A stretch of DNA of 64,000 nucleotides. Origin: a virus. The DNA lies in the IMG/VR virus record IMGVR_UViG_3300012078_000004, positions 1,788 to 65,787 of that record; one strand, written 5' to 3'. Below the pieces are notes generated by a model, which was given only the letters and a program-made list of their open reading frames with translations, was not told the origin of the DNA and ran no database searches. Positions 27,229-35,900 of the stretch are shown here, one piece after another (the stretch's first letter is position 1; each line of letters begins with the position of its first letter). The translations under genes were made by a program, and so were the position numbers.

Positions 27229-27514
27229 TCTTCGACTCCCCAGCCCTGCTGATTGGCCATGCTGCAAATTCACCTTTCGGCAGCTCATCAGTGACATCAC
27301 GATCTGCCCATGAGAGAAACTTATCTCGACTTACTGACGGGTAATGCCGGCCGAACGAAACTGATGGGCTGTCGTATTGCACTGTGGTAGCGCCGACATG
27401 CAGGATCGTTCTGTCGTTAACCAAACCCATCGCGTTGCGAGGGCGCTTTCCGCGATAGGTTCTACCGCTCTGAAGCTTCAGTTCATTTGCTGGCATCACT
27501 GGGCGCTCTTTCAT
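27221..27514 (-). CDS. Hypothetical protein
   Basis: Coupled ORF. Confidence 0.6.
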   Translation of the reverse strand: MKERPVMPANELKLQSGRTYRGKRPRNAMGLVNDRTILHVGATTVQYDSPSVSFGRHYPSVSRDKFLSWADRDVTDELPKGEFAAWPISRAGESKNG

Positions 27515-28140
27515 TTAGCCTCCCGATCCGTATAGGCGAGGTCGTAGAACTGGCCATAGGTCAGCCTCTGGAATTCGGCGGGGATGGTTACGTCGCCGTG
27601 CTTCGCTTCACCTTCACGGTCTTTGGTGTTTGGGATGGCGAACAGCAGGCAGTCATCTCGCCCCGGGCAGCGGCCGCCGTAGGTGCTCAGCAGGGGAATG
27701 CCTCTGGCCGTTCCACGGCCGAAGCCGGTCCGCATTATTCCGTAATGGTCAATGATGAATTTTTGCCACGGCGGTAAATCTGCCAACTCGCTGTTCGCCT
27801 TGGCTATTGCCGCATCCAGAAGCTTGTTGAACGCCCGACCATCCTTGGTGTTACCCTTTCCGCGAGCGAAGAAAACGGGATTACCTTCGAAATAGTCGCG
27901 ATGCTTGATGGTGATCTGGCACGGGAATTCGTGATCGGCCGGCCATGCTAGGGAGCGGACTCGGGTCCCTTTGTCACCGAACCCGGATGAAAGTGAGTGC
28001 GCTACCGCCCCGAACTCATCCTGCAGCGAGCCGATGATAGCCTTGCGCTTGGAGTCGATGGTGCAAAAGCTATCAATCAGGACCTTGACGGATGTCCCTT
28101 CTACTTTGAAATAGTTATAGTGCTTGGCATTATCTGACAT
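27511..28140 (-). CDS. Hypothetical protein
   Basis: From ATG 28140 (MSDNAK), SD GAGGGG. Confidence 0.65.
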   Translation of the reverse strand: MSDNAKHYNYFKVEGTSVKVLIDSFCTIDSKRKAIIGSLQDEFGAVAHSLSSGFGDKGTRVRSLAWPADHEFPCQITIKHRDYFEGNPVFFARGKGNTKDGRAFNKLLDAAIAKANSELADLPPWQKFIIDHYGIMRTGFGRGTARGIPLLSTYGGRCPGRDDCLLFAIPNTKDREGEAKHGDVTIPAEFQRLTYGQFYDLAYTDREAK

Positions 28141-28141
28141 G

Positions 28142-28750
28142 TTATTCCCCCTCCCGCAGCTTGCCGGTAAGAGTGTGATGAGGAGCCAGCAAACGCTGCC
28201 AGATCGCAGAAACATATTCAGCTTGGTGAATGGCGTCTGCCAGCGCATGATGGCGCTCACCGGTGAAGGGGTGATCTCGCTTAGGGTCAAAGCCGATGGC
28301 GCGGCCCAGGGCCACTACTGTGCGAACATCTTGATCATTCCAGAATTTCCAGAACTCAGGGAAGTTGCAGCGGGCATATGCTGATCGCAAGATAACTTGG
28401 TCAAACGACGCACCATTGCCCCATACCTGCAGCCGACCTAACCCCGCGACTGTGCTGTAACCAGTGACAAATTCGGTTAGCTGGGAAAGGGCGTCGACAA
28501 TATGCAGCCGTTCGCCACAGGTGATCGCTCCGCGCGCGGCATCACTCTGCTTCAGCCACCATTCGATTGTGTCCGCGTCAGGCACTGCCCCCATCTGAAG
28601 TTCAGATTTAAGAGTCACAGCACGATAAAAATCAGGGCCAAGCCCACCGGTCATAGGGTCAAAAAATACCGCGCCGATGGCAACGATCGGAGCGTTTGGG
28701 TTCGTCCCCATGGCCTCAAGGTCAACCATGAGATGAGTCATTTTCGCCAT
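28142..28750 (-). CDS. DEDDh 3'-5' exonuclease
   Basis: HLMVDLE, WGNGASFD, HHALADA. Confidence 0.85.
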   Translation of the reverse strand: MAKMTHLMVDLEAMGTNPNAPIVAIGAVFFDPMTGGLGPDFYRAVTLKSELQMGAVPDADTIEWWLKQSDAARGAITCGERLHIVDALSQLTEFVTGYSTVAGLGRLQVWGNGASFDQVILRSAYARCNFPEFWKFWNDQDVRTVVALGRAIGFDPKRDHPFTGERHHALADAIHQAEYVSAIWQRLLAPHHTLTGKLREGE

Positions 28751-28751
28751 T

Positions 28752-28952
28752 TTATTTCCACAATTTCTGTTGATAAGTCCGCGATGGGCGCGGTTTTTTC
28801 TTCATTTCTGGGAGCCGCACATTGACCATGCGCTCACCGATGTTGAACCACTGAATAACGCTGACTTGCCGACCAGCGGCTCGGTATCGATCCGCCAGTC
28901 TCTCCGCTTCATCAGCGCTCATAGGTCCCTGCTGAAACCACCCGAGCGCCAT
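28752..28952 (-). CDS. Small lambdoid-type hypothetical protein
   Basis: WFQQ...EAERLADRYR...PRPSRTYQQKLW. Confidence 0.6.
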   Translation of the reverse strand: MALGWFQQGPMSADEAERLADRYRAAGRQVSVIQWFNIGERMVNVRLPEMKKKPRPSRTYQQKLWK

Positions 28953-28954
28953 TA

Positions 28955-29908
28955 CTATTCCTGCTCGTCATCGCTGTCGTTGGAAACGCCAAAGAACGCT
29001 GCGAGGCTCTGCAAAATGCGCGGGGCTGTCGCTGCAACCAGCAGCATCTCTACGGCATAGCGATGCTGGCCATCCTCGACGTCGTCATTTGCAGGATCGT
29101 CATTGTCATAATCGAAGCGCTTCAGGTGCGGGTTCCCAGACTCAGGGAGGTGGAGGGCAAAATCGGCCACGTTCTCGATCTGGCCATTGGATGGGCGATT
29201 TACCAGCGCCATTTCAGCCGTGCGAATCGTCATGGTTTCCAGTACCGAACGGGCTTCCGGGCTATCATTGCGAACGCCGTCCAACGTGACTTTTAACGAA
29301 GTATCAGAGCCTGTTGCTACCGTTCTACCGAATGGCGAAATAGTCAGGTCATCAGGCAGCTTATACATGCTCTTGTCGGCCCCTCGGGTGAGGTAATCCG
29401 TCAATGCACGTGACTCAAGGCCACAGAATCCCCACGGCACCGACGCTAATCCGCCCAAAATGTGACGCAAATACGACAGCGCAGACTCGCACTTTTTAGC
29501 GTTGCTGCCAGAAACCAAAATCAGCTTCTCTGCCGGGCAAACCAGAATGAACGCAGCCCATTGTTTGATAGGGGCATAGCGGATCACTTCATTTCGTGCC
29601 TGCTCTTCGAACTCATACTGCAGTTGTTCAGTGACGTCTCGACCAGCATCGATCGCCGCTTCAATTCGCTCCTGGGCAAGCTGCTTCACTGCTACTGGGT
29701 TCGCGGTGCGCGAACTCTCCAGATATTTGAACAACGTGCGCCCATCAGAGGACACAACCCGAACATCATCAACGATACGAGCAAAGCCGCCGCCGGCACT
29801 GGCGGAACCCGTCAATCCATCAAAGCCCTTTGCCTCTACCAGCTCAGTGATGTTCGCAGGAATCGGCGTGTCACAGTTGTAGGGGAACAGCGTGCGGAAC
29901 ATCTTCAT
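28955..29908 (-). CDS. rdgC: RdgC-like recombination-associated protein
   Basis: 317 aa; LILVSGSNAKKCESALSYLRHILGGL matches RdgC pattern; divergent. Confidence 0.65.
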   Translation of the reverse strand: MKMFRTLFPYNCDTPIPANITELVEAKGFDGLTGSASAGGGFARIVDDVRVVSSDGRTLFKYLESSRTANPVAVKQLAQERIEAAIDAGRDVTEQLQYEFEEQARNEVIRYAPIKQWAAFILVCPAEKLILVSGSNAKKCESALSYLRHILGGLASVPWGFCGLESRALTDYLTRGADKSMYKLPDDLTISPFGRTVATGSDTSLKVTLDGVRNDSPEARSVLETMTIRTAEMALVNRPSNGQIENVADFALHLPESGNPHLKRFDYDNDDPANDDVEDGQHRYAVEMLLVAATAPRILQSLAAFFGVSNDSDDEQE

Positions 29909-30159
29909 GACTTCACCCCACGCTTACGACTGTTATTGACTGACTTTCTCGCACGATCCATCTCGCGTTCGAACCGCGTTTTAGGTGGCTTCCCAGCAAC
30001 TACTCGCGTGCACTGAACAACCGCCTTAGCTGGCTTTGGGCCGAACCCGCCGCGCAATTGGTGCAGGTATGTAGGGCCAAAATCTATGCTGGTGTCCACG
30101 TAGTGACGCCCGCCGATCACCATCGGCTCATTGAGTGAAAAACTCATGTGACTCTCCAT
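29905..30159 (-). CDS. Hypothetical protein
   Basis: Coupled ORF; start uncertain. Confidence 0.5.
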   Translation of the reverse strand: MESHMSFSLNEPMVIGGRHYVDTSIDFGPTYLHQLRGGFGPKPAKAVVQCTRVVAGKPPKTRFEREMDRARKSVNNSRKRGVKS

Positions 30160-30489
30160 TTACAGTGGGACCGCGGTCCCAGATTTGCAGGAGTCAGATC
30201 GCCGCGCGGCGGTCGCATCCTGTTGTTGTCGCTCATAGCGCTCGATCCAGAGCGATTCGATGTGTTGGTCGCCTTTGCGGTTACATCCGTACCACTCAGC
30301 GATAACGCTTTGCTTGTTCCCATCGGGGTATGTTCGGAACCCACATGTCGGGCAATGCATCAAGAATTCATTACGTGCGGATGAGAACAACAGGCGGGGC
30401 TTGTCAGCCCGGCGACCCATCACCTGTTCACATAGGCACTGCGGAACGTCTGCGAAGACGGCGTTCGTCCCGGTGCTTTTGTTCGGCAT
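30160..30489 (-). CDS. Small Zn-finger-like protein overlapping Q
   Basis: CLC...CPTCG; start uncertain. Confidence 0.5.
   Translation of the reverse strand: MPNKSTGTNAVFADVPQCLCEQVMGRRADKPRLLFSSARNEFLMHCPTCGFRTYPDGNKQSVIAEWYGCNRKGDQHIESLWIERYERQQQDATAARRSDSCKSGTAVPL
30166..30181. promoter_or_regulatory. sopC-type palindrome 7, downstream of Q
   Basis: TGGGACCGCGGTCCCA. Confidence 0.85.
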
Positions 30490-31114
30490 GGATTAATGCC
30501 TCCCGATCTAACGTGGCCACGATCTGCAGTAGCGCCGTCCAACGAGGTTGATAGTTCTGAATCCAGTTGTTCAGCGCTTCGCCGGCCAGCTTTGCAAGAT
30601 CTGAGGACTCATATGAGAAAACACCGCGATTAACTGCCCCCTTGCTCTCCTGCACGGCCAGCCAAACGAAGCGCTGGATCACCTCTTTGGTTTTCTTGCT
30701 CATGCGAGGCGCTCCGATCTCACGCTGGTAAACAAGAAATGCTGACCAGACGTGATGGCATAGCATCACTTGGTGCTCGAACGCCGTGGCATCGCCATAG
30801 CAGTAGCGAACCCACGACTCATAAGCTGGGGGGAGTAGGGAAACGACACGACGCCAGCTCGCCAACCGATAAACCTCCGGGCTGATCAGCAGCTTCCCGC
30901 CTTTGTACGGGCGGGTTTCGCTGCAATGCACTGGGGTCGCCTCGACTCGAATGGTTCGGTCATCCAGCTCTATCTCGCGCATTGGTCTCGCCAGAAAGCT
31001 CTGGTTCGTTTTGTCAGCAAACACACGTGATTCATCGCGTTTCTTGTCACGCGATGAATTTACGCAGAGCAGAGCGCTGGTTAAGCTCGTTCTGACGTAC
31101 TCAAACTGCAGCAT
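30428..31114 (-). CDS. Q: Late antiterminator Q
   Basis: ESWVRYCY...VWSAF...FVWLAVQESK; position after cro as in N15. Confidence 0.75.
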   Translation of the reverse strand: MLQFEYVRTSLTSALLCVNSSRDKKRDESRVFADKTNQSFLARPMREIELDDRTIRVEATPVHCSETRPYKGGKLLISPEVYRLASWRRVVSLLPPAYESWVRYCYGDATAFEHQVMLCHHVWSAFLVYQREIGAPRMSKKTKEVIQRFVWLAVQESKGAVNRGVFSYESSDLAKLAGEALNNWIQNYQPRWTALLQIVATLDREALIHAEQKHRDERRLRRRSAVPM

Positions 31115-31730
31115 CAGAGACCTCCAACAGCGGGCTGTTGCGACCCAGCATCAGCGCTTCTGGAGCGATCCCCGTAGCAGCTTCGATGTTGTTAATCTCA
31201 CGCTTAACCAACGCCGCAAGCTCGAAAAGACGGTTCTGCAACGCCTGTACTGCTGTTCTGCAGTCGTTGTTGTCATACACGCCGTCATGAGCAGGCTCAG
31301 CATGTGCCAACATGTCGCCGAACTTCATCGTGATAGCGTCCAGCTCAGCATCTACCGAGCTGGCAGATCGGCGCGTGTAGCGCGGCACTTGGATAAACAC
31401 TAACCCCTGCAGAGCAGCCATCTTGATTCGGCATTCGCTGCGGAAAGGCTCAGGAAGCGCTGCTGCCCACGTGATCAACCAATCTGCCGGCATACGAACG
31501 TCGCCACACATCACGCGCTCAGTCTGTTTAATGCTGCGATTACGCCACCGCGTGTATGACTCAGCGGTCACACCCTCGGTGCCTGTGTTGATCAGCCCCT
31601 GAATTTCCAGGGCAGGAATCAGGCGCGTTGTAGCAAAGTGAGCGCAGCTTTCGCCGGTGCGCGACAACATCTGCTCTGTGGCTTCAATGACGACTGACGA
31701 CATAGTGTCGCGCGCCGGACATTTACCCAT
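31101..31730 (-). CDS. CII/YdaT-like putative regulator
   Basis: Directly after cro; SD GGAGG; family assignment tentative. Confidence 0.45.
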   Translation of the reverse strand: MGKCPARDTMSSVVIEATEQMLSRTGESCAHFATTRLIPALEIQGLINTGTEGVTAESYTRWRNRSIKQTERVMCGDVRMPADWLITWAAALPEPFRSECRIKMAALQGLVFIQVPRYTRRSASSVDAELDAITMKFGDMLAHAEPAHDGVYDNNDCRTAVQALQNRLFELAALVKREINNIEAATGIAPEALMLGRNSPLLEVSDAAV

Positions 31731-31926
31731 GATTCCTCCGTTTGGCATTCTGCCGTTGCAGCGTGTAATCCGATTTGAGTTTTCCACGCGTCTTTACTTC
31801 CAGTTCGTATTGCCGATGCTCAGGCACTTCCGGCCCCCATTGGTAGATGGAGGAGCGATGACAATCCAAGAAAGCACAGAGCTTTCTCATGCCACCCATA
31901 TAGGCAATAACATCCGTCGTTTTCAT
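31723..31926 (-). CDS. cro: Cro-like repressor
   Basis: MKTTDVIAYMGGMRKLCAFLDCHRSSIYQWGPEVPEHRQYELE; divergent from cB. Confidence 0.88.
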   Translation of the reverse strand: MKTTDVIAYMGGMRKLCAFLDCHRSSIYQWGPEVPEHRQYELEVKTRGKLKSDYTLQRQNAKRRNHG

Positions 31927-31932
31927 CCTTTG

Positions 31933-31980
31933 ATGTTATGCATCCTGAACAAAAATGTCCAGTAAACAGATCATTTTTGT
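31933..31980 (-). promoter_or_regulatory. pR and operator block OR
   Basis: TGGACA-17-TAACAT; 32-bp block 31949-31980 duplicated at 32692-32723; AAACAGATCA-N6-TGATCTGTTT palindrome 31964-31989. Confidence 0.6.
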
Positions 31981-32030
31981 GATCTGTTTTCAATGCCTCG
32001 GCTGTATAGCTGGCTGTACAAAATTGGTTT

Positions 32031-32678
32031 ATGATTTCATCTATGAAAAAACGTGGTGACTGGCTGAAAGAACGCCGCGAGGAGCTAAAGGCCCTCGATA
32101 AAAAGAGATTCTCTGTGCGAGCCGTTGCGGAGCGCGTAGGGATTTCCTACGCTGGCCTGTCTCATTTAGAGAACAATGATGCAATGCCGGCTTTGGATCT
32201 GGCGTTCAAACTGGCAAGAGAACTTGATCGTTCTGTCGAGTGGGTGCTGACTGGCGTAGGCGATGGCAGCTCGATGGGTATCCCTGTTATAGGAACAACC
32301 CTTTCTGGCCCTGACATGGCGTGGTTGGAAAGTAGTGGGCGCGGTTCAACGATCCTTGAGTACGTGAACGTTCCTGTAAAAAGCCATCGCCTGTACGGTT
32401 TGAAGGTCTCTGGCGATCAATCTCTATCTCGCTATTATGAAGGTGAGGTAGTCATTGCAGATCCCGATTTAGATCCAGTCACTGGCGAAGATGTTGTCGT
32501 CGTCACAAAATCAGATAATGGTTCTGTAGTAAAAGTTCTCGCGAGTCAGCGTGATAACAAGGTTTTCCTAGACTCCCCAGATGACCGATCTCAGCGGGTG
32601 ATTAGGGATCTTGACGAAATTATTTTGATGCACCCTGTGGTTTTAGTGGCTAAATCTACAGCGATTAAGGTGAAATGA
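32031..32678 (+). CDS. cB: Prophage repressor CB (HTH + degenerate S24 domain)
   Basis: N-terminal HTH SVRAVAERVGISYAGLSHLEN; C-terminal LKVSGD/VVK; between cro and repA. Confidence 0.88.
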   Translation: MISSMKKRGDWLKERREELKALDKKRFSVRAVAERVGISYAGLSHLENNDAMPALDLAFKLARELDRSVEWVLTGVGDGSSMGIPVIGTTLSGPDMAWLESSGRGSTILEYVNVPVKSHRLYGLKVSGDQSLSRYYEGEVVIADPDLDPVTGEDVVVVTKSDNGSVVKVLASQRDNKVFLDSPDDRSQRVIRDLDEIILMHPVVLVAKSTAIKVK

Positions 32679-32691
32679 AACTGATTTAGAG

Positions 32692-32726
32692 ACAAGTTTG
32701 TCAAGTCAACAGATCAAGGTTATTAT
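32692..32726 (+). promoter_or_regulatory. repA promoter (pL) with operator block OL
   Basis: TTGTCA-17-TATTAT, overlapped by OR-like 32-bp block. Confidence 0.75.
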
Positions 32727-32792
32727 GTGGCGTAATAACCGATTTGCGGCGGCTTGGCTAGGTCAATATTTGAGCAACTCGAATTTTTGACA

Positions 32793-32867
32793 AATAAAAA
32801 GCCCCGGTTGTGGCGACCGGGGCTTCGTATCGGAGGTGTCTACAAAAAACCAACTCTCCTGCAATGT
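32793..32867 (-). ncRNA. Candidate ~75-nt countertranscript in repA leader
   Basis: Minus-strand TTGCGC-18-TACAAT (32903-32874) and GCCCCGGT/ACCGGGGC hairpin with T tract only on minus strand. Confidence 0.55.
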
Positions 32868-32932
32868 GAGTTGATTGTAGCCGCTTCCGCTAATCCTGCG
32901 CAACTGTGCAGCGTGATTTTTTGGCGGAAAAA

Positions 32933-35900
32933 ATGAAAATAACGGATTTCTATCAACAAAAATTTAATTCTGACCCGTTCGAGCTGCTTGACGCAGCCCA
33001 TTCCGAACTGGCTTCAATCGCCGGCGCAGCTGGCATCGACTGGAACGAATGTGCTCCAGAAATCCAGCTAACCACATCACGTGGCACCTCTGAAAAATTC
33101 ACAAAATACACCCGTCATGCACCCGCTGTTACCAATCAGAAGCTGCGCGGCAAAGTTGAGATCTACTCCCGACAAGAAGCCACAACAGACGGCATCAAAT
33201 ACCCATTCGTGAACTTTGTCTCGAAGGGTGCTGATGCTGGTGTTTGGTCAGGCATTCAGTTCCTTTGGGCTGAGTTCCGCCGGTTCATGGAGTCAAGCAC
33301 TGGGACCACGGTCCCAGTATCCCAAGCGGAGATTGAACGCAAAGAGCGGGCAGAGAAAAAACGCCTAGAGCGCGAAGAACACGCGCGAATTGCAGACCTC
33401 ATGAACAACCAACGCCGTGCAGCAGATCTGCAGGAATATCTGGAATTCATGGCTGCGTTCTCGTCTTCTCCCATCGAAGATGGTTCCGCGCCCTATGCAG
33501 TGCAAAAGGGGATTTCGTCGATTTTCTCTCTGTGCAACGTTCGTCGGGTTACTATGTGGGACCGTGGTCGCAGCGGTCAAAATTTAATCAATCGTGAATG
33601 CATGGCAATCCCCTTGTCTCGTATCGACGGCATGCACGATGGCCGCATCGTGGGCTGGCAACGTATTTACCCTGATGGTGGGAAATTCCAGACGCGCGCG
33701 ATTGATGCCGGGGACTTTGCTGGCAGCTGCCACATCATTGGCAAATTACGTGGAGCACGCCGCGTATGCGTTGTTGAGGGGTTCGCAACGGGTGCCTCTG
33801 TCTATATGGCTGCAAAGAAGCGATTTGATGCGGTGATCGTTGCTGTTTCAGCAAACAACGTCATCAAAGTTGTTGAGCAGCTGGACGCCGTATATCCGGG
33901 TGTTGAGGTTTGGTGTGCTCTCGATAACGATATTGAAGCCGCGAGCCAAGGTAAAGGGAACACGGGTATCAAAGTGGGGATCGATGTGATGAAACGATTC
34001 CCCAATGTACGCTGCACCCGCCCGTTATTTTCCGATGGCCAGCTAACACCTGCTGGTAAAATACCAAACGACTTCAACGATCTAGTTGCAATTTCTGGAA
34101 TAACAGAAGCCAACAGGCAGCTATTTTCTAACGACAATCGTGTCAAACTTTCCGCCCATCCATTTGAAGCTGAATTGCTGGCACTCAGCGTCGCTCCAAC
34201 GGGTAAACAACATCGCCGAACTTTCTCCCGACAGCTGATCGCGTGTATCGATGCCGGTATGCTGCTTTGCCCGGCGAAGATGTCGCCGAAAGAACTGATA
34301 GCGGTGATCAGCAGCCAACTGAAAAGCTGCGGTGCTGATGATGCGTTCCGTAATACGGTTATCAGCCGCGTCAAGCGCAGGTTCGAACAGAAGTGCCAAA
34401 AGGCTCAGTCGTTCCGTTCGTTCAGCGATCGCATTACTAATGCAGCGCTTCGCCCGGACCATATCACATACAAGCGATTCAACACGCCACAGATCACCCC
34501 TGAGGTTCTTGCGTATATTAAGTCGCTGCATGGCCCTGTTATCGTTCGCGCCGGAATGGGTTCGGGCAAGTCGAAACACCTGCTGCGACCACTCATGCAT
34601 TCATCAGATCGCGGAGTGTCCGTTGCGCACCGTGTCAGCCTGATCGGTGGGCTGTGGGACATGATGACCCGTGACGATAACGGCCAACGACTGAAAACCG
34701 ATATTCTGCACTATCAGGACCCCGGTGCTACTGATATGGCTCCTCATGCGAATAAAGTGGCCATCTGCATCAACAGCACAGTGAAGGGGTGCTGGAGACC
34801 GCTGATGACAAAACACGACTTCTTCGGGTTAGACGAAGCAACCCAGGGGCTGCGTGCAACACTGTCAGGAAAAGCGATGGCCCACCCGGTCGACGTTTTT
34901 AATAGGCTGATTGAGTCGATTGCGATGACCGACGATCATGCTCTGCTGGTTGATGCTGATGCCAGCGATATTCTGGTCGACCTGTGCGAACTGGCGCTGG
35001 CCAAGCGTGAGCAGATGGGGCTTTCAACATGGACACAGGTACATGTTGTTGAGCTGCCAGTTGATGTGACGTATGAGAAAGAAGGCGCGCGCGCAGCGCG
35101 CCGCGTGCTTTACACCGATACAAACCGGATCATGGTTGAGGTGTTGAAAGCCGTCGAAGCTGGCGAAAAATTCCTGCTGGCTACCGACTCTACAAATTTT
35201 GCCGAGCAGCTGCTGCTGCAGCTGCGCGATCGCTGGCCAGAAAAGAAGTGGCTGTACGTTAGTCAAGACACAAAGCCCGATCAGGAAGTGATCGAGTTTA
35301 CCGACTCCCCCAATACCCGTGCGCCACTGTATGACGGTCTGATTTATAGCCCAGCGATCTCGTCAGGTGTATCGATCGAGACCCGGCATTTCACACGGCA
35401 CTTCGGTTCGTTCTGCGGGCAGGTTGTACCATCTGATGCAATACAAATGCTGCGCCGCGACAGAACCGCGACAGAATTTATGGTTGGGCTGGGGCAAATC
35501 CCAGGGCGCAGAGAAGAAAGCGCAGAAAGCATCAAGCGCGGCTTCCTGCAGGCGCTGCTGGATACAGCAGACATCAACGAAGAATTCACAGATGCCATTT
35601 TTGACGGGGATCGCTTATCGCTTGGTTTGGCCGATACAACCTACGTCAAACTGAAGTTCAAGATCGCCGGCATGGAGGCGCAGGCGCGGAACGACTTTGC
35701 AAATAACTTCATCTGCATCCTGTTCGCCGATGGGTATGACGTCCAGCACCTGTCCGAAAACGAGGCCCTGAGCGATGCCGGGAAAACCCTGCGTAAAGAC
35801 GCCAAGGCGCGCGTTTGGGATATGACCGTGCTGCGACACATCGAAGCTGAAACACCGACAGAAGAAGAGCGCGAAGAGCTGATGTCCAAACGTTCACTCT

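Noticed and set aside
32754-32936. 60-aa leader peptide upstream of repA
   Set aside because: TTG start without SD; overlaps the hairpin and antisense unit; no supporting features
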